Positions 8,501 to 17,849 of a stretch of 64,000 bases of DNA are shown piece after piece. Every line of letters begins with the position of its first letter. The first letter of the stretch is position 1. Both the position numbers and the translations under genes were made by a program. Source of the DNA: Phycisphaeraceae bacterium (lineage in GTDB: Bacteria > Planctomycetota > Phycisphaerae > Phycisphaerales > Phycisphaeraceae). The notes beneath the pieces were generated by a model. That model was not told the origin of the DNA, made no database searches, and saw nothing but the letters and a program-made list of their open reading frames with translations. The stretch is taken from the NCBI GenBank assembly GCA_963674705.1, contig OY771506.1, positions 1,696,001 through 1,760,000 of the forward strand, written 5' to 3'.

Positions 8501-9987
8501 AGGCCGTCGATCGTGGGCGCGTCGCTGGAAAGCCATTGGCCGACAAGATCATGGAAGCTCGAGCCGTTGTCGGCCGGCTTCATGAGCAGGTTGTAGACGC
8601 TTGTTAACTCGTTGTGGATCTGCGTGAGTTGCTCGTCGATCTTGTACAGCGCTTTGTCAGAGCGGGAGCGCGTCTGGACGTCGTTAAGATCGTCGAGGTT
8701 GGCGCGGATCTTCATGTAGAGGTCGCGCTGGTCGCGCTTGGCGTCGTGGACCAGTGCGCAGAGCCTGCCGAGCCCGAGGTGATCGAGGCGGTTGGCGACG
8801 ACGTCGAGGGCGGTGCGTTTATCGCAGACGAACAGGACGCGCTGATCGTTGGCGAGGTGGTCGCCGATGATGTTGGTGATGGTTTGGGATTTACCGGTGC
8901 CGGGCGGGCCGTGGATCACCACCGCCCTGCCGTTTCGGGCTCTGCCTACCGCTCTTGCCTGGAACGGATCGGCGAGCGAGACAAAACGTTCCTTGGTAAT
9001 GTCGCGCCCTTCCGAAGCGGCGCACTGTTCCTTTTCCGGCACGCTGTGCTCACTGGCTGCAAGGTCTGCGTTGACATCGACGAAAGGCGTGACGGTGGGC
9101 GGGATGCTTTCTTCTTCGAGCATCGCACGCGTGTCGCGGAGCAGGCCTTGGTTTGTAGTGGGGAACAGCCCGAGCACCGCGCCGTTGATGATGGCGACCT
9201 CGTTGGGCAGGTCTTCGGCGCGTGGGATGTTGATTAACTGGAACGTTTGCGGGTCTGTGGTTGCCGGATCGGGCGCGGGGATGTCGAGCGCGGTGCAGAC
9301 GAATTCGATGAGTTCGCGCACTTCGCGCCAGGGTTCAGCGCCTTCTTCATCATCGAAGAATTCGGCTTGTGTTTTGCCGGTCTCCCGTTCGAGCCAGGCC
9401 ATAAGCGCGGGATTGGGCGTGACGCGGTCGACGCCGTCGCCGCGGCAGGCGAGTTTGACGCCCGGGTGTCTGCCGGCAGCGACTTCCATGGACATGGGGA
9501 TAAACGCGATCGGCGCGAGGATGCGTCGTGATGAACCGCCCATCGTAGCCGGGGGCATGGAGAGGATGGGGAACCCGAGTTGCAGCGCGGGCACGCCGGT
9601 GTCTTGTTCGTAGGTGCGGGCATCTTCAGAGAGGTTGCGCAGCTTGGTCATGAGCGACTTCTGCGCGTTCCACGCTTTGATTTCTGCTTTCTGTTCGGGT
9701 GAGAGTTGTTCGGATTCTTCGGTCGTATCGGTGAAGTGCATGCCTCTGGCGTCGGGGCGCGCGGGCAGGTTTTGCGGGGCGGGGACGGAGGCGAGGATCG
9801 AGCTGGTTCGCTCTTCATTAAGCAGGTCGGTGAGGATGTGCCTGGTGTCTTCGATACCGAGTGCGGTAAAGAGCGTGAGGTCGACGCGTTGTCGACTCGA
9901 GTGCGGCCGACAGTTCAGACTGGGCCCGCCGATGAGTGAGGCATAGAGGCGGTCGAGCATTTTCTCGAGGATGTGGTTGGCTGGCAT
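5521..9987 (-). CDS. DUF4011 / SF1 (UPF1-DNA2-like) helicase with C-terminal Vsr/REase-like domain
   Basis: GPPGTGKS, DEASQ, GDPKQLPP, HYRS, NVQGDERD, RRLNVLVTRAR; C-terminal CIDVAL..LLCD..GWQFTHIW. Confidence 0.88.
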   Translation of the reverse strand: MPANHILEKMLDRLYASLIGGPSLNCRPHSSRQRVDLTLFTALGIEDTRHILTDLLNEERTSSILASVPAPQNLPARPDARGMHFTDTTEESEQLSPEQKAEIKAWNAQKSLMTKLRNLSEDARTYEQDTGVPALQLGFPILSMPPATMGGSSRRILAPIAFIPMSMEVAAGRHPGVKLACRGDGVDRVTPNPALMAWLERETGKTQAEFFDDEEGAEPWREVRELIEFVCTALDIPAPDPATTDPQTFQLINIPRAEDLPNEVAIINGAVLGLFPTTNQGLLRDTRAMLEEESIPPTVTPFVDVNADLAASEHSVPEKEQCAASEGRDITKERFVSLADPFQARAVGRARNGRAVVIHGPPGTGKSQTITNIIGDHLANDQRVLFVCDKRTALDVVANRLDHLGLGRLCALVHDAKRDQRDLYMKIRANLDDLNDVQTRSRSDKALYKIDEQLTQIHNELTSVYNLLMKPADNGSSFHDLVGQWLSSDAPTIDGLDEDALATITLDIFEKRSDDIEVIFQRAESISYETNPWSNCAGGSLDDYLARPIDELRRVLASCIEDARVADNAKHENIPPFDPDSSLPEQVELRNKLIPLVERIGRTSDAIRKHVLAMDDDTRRKALATIRDSEARRQSLDKPLDGELSLVLGGDLPNLRKLNEDITLLKWYQQKMQSWTRIFAFGLKSKAGKLLGSFGLGANTEDANKLEAFFTGLRDRLLLTHTTNQLLPADTTAPLTPALSEAKGRVSSSPQHSTLNTQQSRTLRPDDELIQTLDGYACTLGAIDLVKDDTHLTATLERAIQIEDDRLNLLDGLKRSPARAESLQALEQSMRASSLFNTAWLTQAFTQLREGKQAGETLAQLEKRFDSLESVLRIHDGVSQLPENLAKNIRITLTAGIEPGEAVAALIRCVLAAEVRRRLQANPELNRLDSQRLTHLFSRYHELEEQKRVLVRDYVLDQWVEKQRSRLLAMTGSRLNSAGADLRRRLFVRGKRAMRLRQMIAVGRNNLAEGETDPLFDMCPIWMASPETVAQVFPREPLFDVVIFDEASQCRLEEALPVLTRAKRVVIAGDPKQLPPTRFFEAAISVSEDEELETEQDLFEAQQAEVEDLLAAALNLQVEEAYLDVHYRSRNADLIEFSNEHFYKNRLQSIPGHPKNRAVVPPLRIDRADGIYENRCNRIEAERVVQIVDDLLRRADPPSIGIACFNITQRDLIVDMLDDRAVDDDAFASRLAKARARVGDASYEGLFVKNLENVQGDERDHIIISTTYGPNKEGKFYRRFGPLGRTGGGRRLNVLVTRARQEVHLVTSIPRENYLSVENLPAGAAPSGAWLLFAYLRYAEQLAELYDENNRILEQANEQTTTGKPSVIRRPIPPVSGFAMALGQQLAEHKRIGCDMHWGNEAFCIDVALHHPQNPDDVTVGLLCDFTRYDRAPDPIEWELYRQSIFQWTGWQFTHIWTPHFFRDPVGAMDQIQSRAQEPIQKPGNKTE

Positions 9988-10098
9988 GATCGGGCCCCAT
10001 CAACAGGAAAGCATGAGTATACACGAGGTATGTATGGCTCATGAGGGCCGGGGGGTGTGAGGTAAGAGGATGCGTGTGTTGTTTTGATATGCGCAAAC

Positions 10099-10130
10099 AA
10101 AAAGGCGACGGCACGAGTCGTACCGCCGCC
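10099..10130 (-). terminator. Intrinsic terminator
   Basis: Minus strand ggcggcggtacga-c-tcgtgccgtcgcc-ttttt. Confidence 0.7.
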
Positions 10131-10265
10131 CGGAGGGAAAAGAGAGACGCCTATTTTTCGCCGTCGGTTTTTATTTGCCGACGGAGGGCCCATGGGTGCC
10201 GGCGGGTCTGGCCGGGGCGCGGGTGTTGTCAAAGATTGCGTTACACCTGCACCTGCGCCTGGATA

Positions 10266-11195
10266 TCAGGCTGACTGGAACAGTGCCTTGGTTTCTTCCA
10301 TCGCCTCGGGTAGCGCCTGGGCGACCTGCTCGATCTGTTCCTGGTTGATGTTGAGGAATAGCAGCAGTTCCGGATTCAAGTCGGTAGTTTCCGTGCCGCG
10401 GGTGAAGCCGAGTTCGAGCCGGGCGGCGAGCACGTCGGCGATATGGACGAGGCCGGTGAGCATGCGGTTCTTATCGTTGAGGCTCATCGGTTCATGGTGG
10501 AAGCCGGTGACATATTGGAAGCTCTGGGGGAACTTCCACAGTTTGCACAAGGCGGTGCCGAACTGTTCGTGGTTGGCGCCGAGGATCTCGGATTCGACAT
10601 CACGGAGTTTGGCCTCGGGTTCTTTATCGAGCTTTTCCATGACCTGGACGAACTTGGGCCGACGCGCCTGGATCTCGACCATGATGCCGATGTTGTGGAT
10701 CAGGCCGGCAAGGAAGGCTTCATCGGGCAGGCCGAGTCCTGCATGTTGCGCCAGCAGCTTGGTGCCGGTGGCGCAGGCGATGGCGTGTGTCCACAGTTCA
10801 CGAGCGTCAAAGTTGTTGGCGATCTTGCCGCCGCGGAACAGCTTGGCGAGGCTGGCGGCGATGGCAATATTCTTCACGGCGTTAAGACCGAGCAATACGA
10901 TCGCACGGTTGATCGAACCGATCTGACCGGGCAGGCCGTAGAACGCGGAGTTGACGACCTTGAGAATACGAGCGCCGAGCGCCGGGTCGTTGCTGATGAT
11001 CTTGTTCAGATCATTGGCGGTCGAATCGGGGTCTTCGACGAGTTGGATGATCTTCATCGTGACCTCGGGGAGTGTCGCGATGTGGCTGATCTCCTGGACC
11101 GCCGATTGGACGATGGCCTCGATCTGCTTAGCGTCTTGTGCGTCGCTCAGGCCGACGATCGGCGAATCGCCGGATGAGGTTTCGGGTTGGGTCAT
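10266..11195 (-). CDS. HDOD domain signal-transduction protein
   Basis: TLPEV..DPALGARILKVVNSAFYG, AFLAGLIHNIG, W.FP. Confidence 0.92.
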   Translation of the reverse strand: MTQPETSSGDSPIVGLSDAQDAKQIEAIVQSAVQEISHIATLPEVTMKIIQLVEDPDSTANDLNKIISNDPALGARILKVVNSAFYGLPGQIGSINRAIVLLGLNAVKNIAIAASLAKLFRGGKIANNFDARELWTHAIACATGTKLLAQHAGLGLPDEAFLAGLIHNIGIMVEIQARRPKFVQVMEKLDKEPEAKLRDVESEILGANHEQFGTALCKLWKFPQSFQYVTGFHHEPMSLNDKNRMLTGLVHIADVLAARLELGFTRGTETTDLNPELLLFLNINQEQIEQVAQALPEAMEETKALFQSA

Positions 11196-11384
11196 GGGTC
11201 CTCTCCTCCGATCCAAGAAAAACGATCAATCCTCAGCAGATGTATCGACGTTGCTTAGCGATGACTTAAGGGATATCACGGCTTATGAAGTCTGAAGGCA
11301 TATCGAACCGGATTGGCGGCGGAGCGTATAATCATTTGCAGACCCAGCGTTGTCCGGGATGTACCATGAGGCTAGGATTGAGCT

Positions 11385-11687
11385 ATGAGCTGGCAGGTCC
11401 GATTTGAAGAAGAGATGCATCGTCGCGCCCCGGGCGCGGGGGTGTGGTACACGCGGATCAGCCGGCAACCGGGCTGGGTAACCCGTACGGCGCTTATTAT
11501 CGCCATCATGGTCGTAGTCGTACCGTTGCTGCTGCTGACGCTGGCGGCGGTGATGGTGGGTGCAGCGTGCCTGCTGGTGCTGGGGCTGGTAGCCCAGGTA
11601 GTGCGGTTTTTCTCCAATCTGTTTGGTGGCGGGTTGCGGTCCCGCGATGATGGGCGGCGAAATGTCCGGGTGATTGAGCGGCCGTAG
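11385..11687 (+). CDS. Small membrane protein
   Basis: Long hydrophobic stretch; C-terminal DDGRRNVRVI. Confidence 0.7.
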   Translation: MSWQVRFEEEMHRRAPGAGVWYTRISRQPGWVTRTALIIAIMVVVVPLLLLTLAAVMVGAACLLVLGLVAQVVRFFSNLFGGGLRSRDDGRRNVRVIERP

Positions 11688-11823
11688 GCTGCCTGGCCCA
11701 TAAAACCCATTTAACCGTCATAATCGATACAACCGTTACGATCGGCATGGCCCGGCGTTGAAGCGACGCGGGGATGCGGTACAGTAGCCTCGGAGCCGCA
11801 CCTTTATATAGAGCCGAAACGCC

Positions 11824-13731
11824 ATGCTTGAATCACGATTGGTCCGGGTTGTACTACTGATTGCTTTGTTGCTTGCGCCGACGAGCTTGTTCGCGCAGGA
11901 CAGCCCGGCGGTGGATGCCGATGCACAGACCGCTGCCGAGCACGCGGTGCAGCAGACAGAAGCGGCGGAAGCCAAGGATGTGAAGCAAGCAGGTCATGCC
12001 AGCCCGCGGGATGTGATGTCTGCGTTTCTCAACGCGATGAATCGGGTGGATGACGGGCACGATGATGCGTGGCCCGAGGCGCTGGCGTGTTTTGATTTTC
12101 CGGACAGAACTAGTGAAACAGATCAGAAGATACTGGCGGAGAATCTGCTGGATGTGCTGAACCGCTTGGGGAAGATCGAAGTGCTGGCGGTGCCGGGGGA
12201 GGTCTCGGTGAATCCGCCGGCGGATAGTGAGGAAGAACCGATCTCACGGTATCAGTTCTTCCCGGCTCCGCGTTACGCCTGGGTATGGGAGACGCTTGCC
12301 GCTCACAATATGAAGCCGGACGGCAGGATCGTGATGGAGGCTGATGATAAGGGGGATTGGCGCTTCAACCGCAGGACGGTGAACGAGCTGCCCCGGTTAT
12401 ATGCGAGCACCGCTTATCTGCCGCCGAAGTACTTCGATCAGGAGAAGCGGATCGATGCGGATGTCGTGAAGCTGGTCGGGCCGACGTTTACGCGGACCTC
12501 TAATTTGGCATGGGGTATTTTGCTGGGCGCGATTTTTCTGGGGTTGTTGGCGGGCAAGATCGTGCAGTCGCTCCTGCGCTCGGCATCGAAGCGCTGGATC
12601 GAGCATGGCTGGGAGGTACGGGGGATTATGTTCGATAACGCGGCGAGCCCGGCGAGCTTTACGTTGCTGAGTCTCGGTTTGTGGTTCGGCATGAGCAATA
12701 TCTACCGCGAAGAGCGGCTGCAGGAATTCACGAACAACATCATCGAGTTTCTGCTGATCCTGGCGCTGGGCTGGTTCCTGTTCAACCTGGTCGAGGTGAT
12801 CGACGCGGCGCTGCGTCGGTTAAGCGAGAAAACCAAGAGCAAGCTGGACGATCAACTCGTGCCGCTGGTGCGAAAGGCGCTGCGGATATTCCTGGTGGTG
12901 GTGTTTACGCTGGTTGTCGCGCAGAACGTGTTCGGGCTGGACATCACGGGGTGGCTCGCCGGCCTGGGTATCGCGGGCTTGGCGGTGTCGCTCGCAGCCC
13001 AGGATTCGATCAAGAACCTGTTCGGCTCGGTCACCGTGTTGTTCGATAAACCCTTCACCGTCGGCGACTGGATCGTAACAGAAGGATTGGAAGGCACGGT
13101 CGAAGAGGTCGGTTTCCGCTCGACACGTATCCGTACGTTCTACAACTCACTGATTACCCTGCCGAACGCGAACCTGATCAACGCAAGCGTCGACAACTAC
13201 GGCAGGCGCCAGTACCGGCGTTGGAAAACGCACATCGGCGTGCAGTACGACACGACACCCGATCAGTTGTTAGCCTTCACCGAAGGCATCCGCGAACTGG
13301 TGCGCAGCCATCCGTATACACGCAAGGATTACTTCCAGGTCTGGTGCCATGAGTTCGGCGACTCAAGCCTGAACATCCTGATCTACGTCTTCCACGAGGT
13401 GCCCGACTGGTCGACAGAATTGCGCGAGCGAGAACGCCTGTTCCTCGACATCGTCAGGCTTGCCGACAAGCTTGGTGTACAGTTCGCCTTCCCGACACAG
13501 ACGGTGCATCTTTATAAGGAAGAGCATAAGTCATACGAAACCAAGCACGAGAACCCGCAATCCATGACCGACCGCCGCGCAATGATCCAGGGCATCCGCA
13601 ACGCTCAACTGCTCATCAAAGATCAATCCTGGCAAACCAACCCGCCCGGCCCGGTCGAATTCACCAAGGGGCCGACGGATTTAAAGATCGACGAGCATGG
13701 GAATCCGGTGATTGAGAAGGAAGATTCATAA
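11824..13731 (+). CDS. Mechanosensitive channel, MscS family, with periplasmic N-terminal domain
   Basis: GLGIAGLAVSLAAQDSIKNLFG, PFTVGDWI, GTVEEVGFRSTRIRT, FAFPT. Confidence 0.93.
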   Translation: MLESRLVRVVLLIALLLAPTSLFAQDSPAVDADAQTAAEHAVQQTEAAEAKDVKQAGHASPRDVMSAFLNAMNRVDDGHDDAWPEALACFDFPDRTSETDQKILAENLLDVLNRLGKIEVLAVPGEVSVNPPADSEEEPISRYQFFPAPRYAWVWETLAAHNMKPDGRIVMEADDKGDWRFNRRTVNELPRLYASTAYLPPKYFDQEKRIDADVVKLVGPTFTRTSNLAWGILLGAIFLGLLAGKIVQSLLRSASKRWIEHGWEVRGIMFDNAASPASFTLLSLGLWFGMSNIYREERLQEFTNNIIEFLLILALGWFLFNLVEVIDAALRRLSEKTKSKLDDQLVPLVRKALRIFLVVVFTLVVAQNVFGLDITGWLAGLGIAGLAVSLAAQDSIKNLFGSVTVLFDKPFTVGDWIVTEGLEGTVEEVGFRSTRIRTFYNSLITLPNANLINASVDNYGRRQYRRWKTHIGVQYDTTPDQLLAFTEGIRELVRSHPYTRKDYFQVWCHEFGDSSLNILIYVFHEVPDWSTELRERERLFLDIVRLADKLGVQFAFPTQTVHLYKEEHKSYETKHENPQSMTDRRAMIQGIRNAQLLIKDQSWQTNPPGPVEFTKGPTDLKIDEHGNPVIEKEDS

Positions 13732-13821
13732 GCCACCGATGAACACAGATGAACACTGATAAGAACTAACGGATAGATTTTGCCTCTTTTATCTATGTTA
13801 ATCGGTGTTTATCAGTGGCAA
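13732..13821. repeat. 9-mer-based palindromic element (same family as 1513-1607)
   Basis: gccaccgatgaacacagatgaacactgat ... atctatgttaatcggtgtttatcagtggc between convergent genes. Confidence 0.75.
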
Positions 13822-13824
13822 AAA

Positions 13825-14772
13825 TCAAATGGCCGGATAAGTTGGTTCATCGCCCTGCAAAACCTTGACCACATCGCGCGCGACCCAGCTCATGTTGTCC
13901 AGTGCCTGGTGCGTGCGGCTGGCGATGTGTGGGAGGATGCGGACGTTTGGTAAATCGTAGAGCGGGTAGTCGCTCGGGGGTGGTTCGGGGGCGTGAACAT
14001 CCAGGATGATGTTGGCATCCTGATGCGCTTTGGCCCAGTCGGCTAAGGCGTTGTTGTCGACGAGCATGCCGCGGGCGGCGTTGATGAACAGGCAATCATC
14101 ACGCAGATTTTGAAGCGCAGCGGCGTTGATCATCTGTTTGTTGCTGGCCCGGCCGTCCACGTGGATCGTGACGATGTGGCTGTCGCGGTAAAGTGTTTCG
14201 TGGTCGACAAAGTTGAAGGGAAACTCCACGGCTTTGCGCAACTCGGCCTCGGGGAGGATGTCGCAGACCAGCAGCTTCATGCCGATGGCGTGGGCGGCTT
14301 TGCCGAGGCGTTTACCGATCCGACCGAACCCGACGATACCGAGCGTGAGTTGGTCGAGCTGTCGGCCGACTTCGGTTTTGCGCAGTTGATGGAAGGTGTC
14401 GGCGTCGACGTGGTCGGGCATGTCGGTGCGCGGGCGGTAGTGATCGAGCATCAGTGCGATGACGTATTCGACGACAGCCTGCGTGTTGGCATCGGGCGTG
14501 TAGACGACGCGTACGCCTTTGCGCTCGCAGGCCGGCAGGTCGATGTTGTCCAGGCCCACCCCCGCCCTGCCGACGACTTTCAGTTTCGGTGCTCGTTCGA
14601 GGAAGGCTTCATCGACGATGGTGTAGGTGCGGACGATAAGCCCTTCGGCTTCGGCGAGCTCGGTATCGAGTTCGGGTGAATCGAAGGCGCACCACTTGAG
14701 GTCGGTCTGTTCAGCGAGCCAGTCGGCGACGGACTGGGCGAGTGTTTCGGTAATGAGTACGCGGGGGGGCAT
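13825..14772 (-). CDS. D-isomer-specific 2-hydroxyacid dehydrogenase (phosphoglycerate dehydrogenase-like)
   Basis: RAGVGLDNID, GIVGFGRIG, INAARG, LDV..PEP, PHIAS; start MPPRV. Confidence 0.9.
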   Translation of the reverse strand: MPPRVLITETLAQSVADWLAEQTDLKWCAFDSPELDTELAEAEGLIVRTYTIVDEAFLERAPKLKVVGRAGVGLDNIDLPACERKGVRVVYTPDANTQAVVEYVIALMLDHYRPRTDMPDHVDADTFHQLRKTEVGRQLDQLTLGIVGFGRIGKRLGKAAHAIGMKLLVCDILPEAELRKAVEFPFNFVDHETLYRDSHIVTIHVDGRASNKQMINAAALQNLRDDCLFINAARGMLVDNNALADWAKAHQDANIILDVHAPEPPPSDYPLYDLPNVRILPHIASRTHQALDNMSWVARDVVKVLQGDEPTYPAI

Positions 14773-14774
14773 GT

Positions 14775-14912
14775 GGGTAGGGTATAGGGTGTGGGGTTTA
14801 GGGTGTAGGGTCAAAGCACTGGGGTATGGTAGATCAATCCGTGTCTATATAAAACAATAGCCATTAGCTATAGGGTAATAGCTAATGGCTAAAGGCTAAT
14901 GGCTAAAGGCTT
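14775..14912. repeat. Heptamer tandem repeats and a heptamer hairpin
   Basis: gggtata-gggtgtg-gggttta-gggtgta; atagccattagctat / atagctaatggct-aaaggct-aatggct-aaaggct. Confidence 0.7.
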
Positions 14913-14913
14913 C

Positions 14914-15171
14914 TTACGCGTAGTAGGCGGAGTTCTTCTCGATGTATTCCTGCCATTCTTCGGGCAGGTCTTCTTCGGGGAAGATGGCCTTGACCGGGCA
15001 CTCATCCACGCACAGGCCGCAGTCGATGCAGGTCTCGTTGTCGATGTAGAGCATTTCGGAAGTTTCGTATTCCGGCTCGTCCTTGGTGGGGTGTATGCAG
15101 TCGACGGGGCAGACGTCAACGCAAGCGGTGTCTTTGGTTCCGACGCATGGTTCGGCAATGATGTGAGGCAT
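14914..15171 (-). CDS. 7Fe/8Fe ferredoxin (FdxA-like)
   Basis: CVGTKDTACVDVCPVDC and CIDCGLCVDECP. Confidence 0.95.
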   Translation of the reverse strand: MPHIIAEPCVGTKDTACVDVCPVDCIHPTKDEPEYETSEMLYIDNETCIDCGLCVDECPVKAIFPEEDLPEEWQEYIEKNSAYYA

Positions 15172-15342
15172 AACGTAACTCCAGTGTCTTCAAGGCGGGA
15201 TAAGCCCCGCGTGTGTATCGAGTCTAGAGTATAGACGTCAGTCAAACCAATGCAACGCGTGAATAATCGGGTGAATAACGCGTGGACATCCAGGCCAATC
15301 GTCTGTCTGCTGCAGGCATTGTTGTCACGGGAAATACCCGGT

Positions 15343-16707
15343 TTACGGTGCGTCAGGGCCTACATCTTCGGGGGTTAGCCGCTTGGGATCGTAACCATAT
15401 TGCGACAAAGTCTCAGTATCATCAGGGATCAGCAGGCCCTGACCATTGTCCTTAACGCCGATGGCTTTGTAGGTAAGGGCTTTGAGCAAGTCCGGTGGCA
15501 TGGAGCCGGCGACATGGTTGTTGCGACTGACCAGGCCTTGCGGCTTGGCGTGGATGGTGTATTCGCCATCCCCGTCGCGGTTGACGATCAGGTTCTCGAT
15601 CAGTTTCACGTTCTTCGGCGCGAGGGTTCGGTCGCGATCGCCGGCGCCGGTGCCGATGCTCAGTGGGTTGACGCAATCGATGATGACGTTGCCGGCGATA
15701 TCAGGATTCTCGACGCGCTGGTAGCCGGTAAGTTCATTGTCGGGTTGGCCGTTCATGATCGAGATCGCGGCGTAGAAGTCTTTACCGGTCAGGTTCTGCA
15801 TGTGGTTACCTTGGACGACGTGGTCGGGGCCGATGATACGCACCCCCCCACTGCTTTTCTTATCTCGGCCGATGAAGACATTGTTGATGACCTGACAGTG
15901 CCCGCCGTGACGCAGTGTCAGCGTGCCGTTGCAGTTGTCGAAGGTGTTGTTGCGGTAGATGTTGTCGAAGGATTTGTTTGAGATGACTTCGATCTCGCCG
16001 TCGCATTCATCGAAGAGATTGTCTTCGACGATTGTGGCGGAGCTTGTCATGGAGAAGTCGCTGGCGCCGATGCGGATGGTTTCCCCGCCGTTGCGCCCCA
16101 GCGGCGGGCGTGGGCCAAAGTGGTTGTGGTCGATGCGGTGGTGATTGGGTTTGCCGTCGAGCCAGACGACGAGCGTTGCGCCTTCGGTGGTTTTGCCCGC
16201 GAGGTAGCAATGGTCGACGCGGTTGTGTTGGCCGTAGACAGAGACCCACTTACCGCTTTTGCCGTCGGGCGGGTTGAAGTCGATGATCGAGCAACGCGAT
16301 AGTCGGCAGCCGATAGCGTGGTCGTCGGAGTTGCGTCGGAACTGGACGACGTCGGTTGTGCCGGGATGGCCGTTGATGAAGCTGAAGCCTTGGACGGTGA
16401 CGAATTGGCCCCAGATGCGCATGTTGGATTCACCGGTGATTTTGACGCCGCCGACGGTTTGAGCGCGGACAAGGATGGGTTGATCTTTCTCCCCCTTACC
16501 AAAGATGCGCAGTTCAACATCACGGTACTCACCGTCAGCGAGCACGACCTCGTCGCCGGGCTTGGCATTGCGGACGGCGTCGCTGAGCGCGTCGATGGAA
16601 TCAACAGATACCGTTGCAGCCCCTGCTGAGACGACGGCGAGGCCCATGGTCCAAATGACCCAAATCCCGACGTGGGCACAACGTGGTGCGTGTGGATGTG
16701 ATGCCAT
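15343..16707 (-). CDS. Polysaccharide lyase family 6 (alginate lyase / chondroitinase B-like beta-helix)
   Basis: PGDEVVLADGEY, NGGETIRIG, CDGEIEVISNKS, TLRHG; signal-like N-terminus. Confidence 0.92.
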   Translation of the reverse strand: MASHPHAPRCAHVGIWVIWTMGLAVVSAGAATVSVDSIDALSDAVRNAKPGDEVVLADGEYRDVELRIFGKGEKDQPILVRAQTVGGVKITGESNMRIWGQFVTVQGFSFINGHPGTTDVVQFRRNSDDHAIGCRLSRCSIIDFNPPDGKSGKWVSVYGQHNRVDHCYLAGKTTEGATLVVWLDGKPNHHRIDHNHFGPRPPLGRNGGETIRIGASDFSMTSSATIVEDNLFDECDGEIEVISNKSFDNIYRNNTFDNCNGTLTLRHGGHCQVINNVFIGRDKKSSGGVRIIGPDHVVQGNHMQNLTGKDFYAAISIMNGQPDNELTGYQRVENPDIAGNVIIDCVNPLSIGTGAGDRDRTLAPKNVKLIENLIVNRDGDGEYTIHAKPQGLVSRNNHVAGSMPPDLLKALTYKAIGVKDNGQGLLIPDDTETLSQYGYDPKRLTPEDVGPDAP

Positions 16708-16815
16708 GCAGAACCTCACCTATACTGGGTATGTCAGAGAAGGCCCTATTGATCATAACACCTACAAACCGAAATTCTTGCGCCCGAACAGCGTGCCTGG
16801 TACAATCGACAAGTT

Positions 16816-17802
16816 ATGGCTAAAAAAGCAAACTCCATCCCCGTTAATTCCATCGCACAGGGCGATTGTCTGGAACTCATGGCCAAGTGGCCCGAAGACA
16901 GCGTCGACCTGATCTTCGCGGACCCGCCTTACAACATCGGGTTCAAGTACGACCACTACGACGACAACCGCGAGCACGAAGATTACGTCCACTGGACCAA
17001 CGCGTGGATCGACGGCTGCGCCCGGTTGCTCAAACCCAGCGGGAGCCTGTACATCCTGATCGGGGATGAGTATGCCGCGGAAACCCGGCTGCACCTGCGC
17101 AAGCTCGAAGATGAAAAACAACTTGTCTTCCGCAACTGGATCATCTGGCACTACACATTTGGCCAGAACTGCAAACTCAAGTTCAACCGCTCGCACGCAC
17201 ACCTTTTCTATTGTGTCGGTTCTGCGACAGCGAAGATCAAATCGCACGAGAAGATCACAAAGAATCCGCCGTTCACGTTTAACCGTGAAGCGATCGCTGT
17301 GCCAAGCGCCAGGCAGACGACGTACAACGATGCGCGTGCCAACCCCACAGGCAAACTGCCCGACGATACGTGGTACCTGCGCCCGCAGACAGCGGAAGGT
17401 GACTGCTTCAAGCCCGGTGAGGATACCTGGTATCAGTCTCGCTTGGCCGGAACATTCAAGGAACGCCAGGGCTGGCACCCGTGCCAGTTGCCCGAGGCCT
17501 TGCTCGAACGCATCATCAAGGTGAGTTCCAACGAGGGTGATGTGGTGTTCGATCCGTTCGTCGGTAGCGGCACGACACTCGCAGCCGCGGCTAAGCTGAA
17601 ACGCGAATGGACCGGCTGCGAATTAAGCAAAGACTACGCCAAGCGGGCGCTAGAGCGCGTCAAGCATGTTGCCAAGACGGGCGACACGATGAAGACCACG
17701 CAGGCAGATAAGGGCATTGAACGCGGCAAGCCAAAGAAGAAGGCTGAACCACACCGCTCGAAGAAAGATAAAGACGGCAAGCTGCTGTGGAGCGCGGATT
17801 AG
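16816..17802 (+). CDS. Orphan N6-adenine/N4-cytosine DNA methyltransferase (beta class)
   Basis: FADPPYN precedes HPCQLP and DPFVGSGTT; no adjacent endonuclease recognised. Confidence 0.92.
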   Translation: MAKKANSIPVNSIAQGDCLELMAKWPEDSVDLIFADPPYNIGFKYDHYDDNREHEDYVHWTNAWIDGCARLLKPSGSLYILIGDEYAAETRLHLRKLEDEKQLVFRNWIIWHYTFGQNCKLKFNRSHAHLFYCVGSATAKIKSHEKITKNPPFTFNREAIAVPSARQTTYNDARANPTGKLPDDTWYLRPQTAEGDCFKPGEDTWYQSRLAGTFKERQGWHPCQLPEALLERIIKVSSNEGDVVFDPFVGSGTTLAAAAKLKREWTGCELSKDYAKRALERVKHVAKTGDTMKTTQADKGIERGKPKKKAEPHRSKKDKDGKLLWSAD

Positions 17803-17849
17803 TCTGGTTTGCGATGTTTGATGCGTGTCATCAAATACAGGATCGGGGC

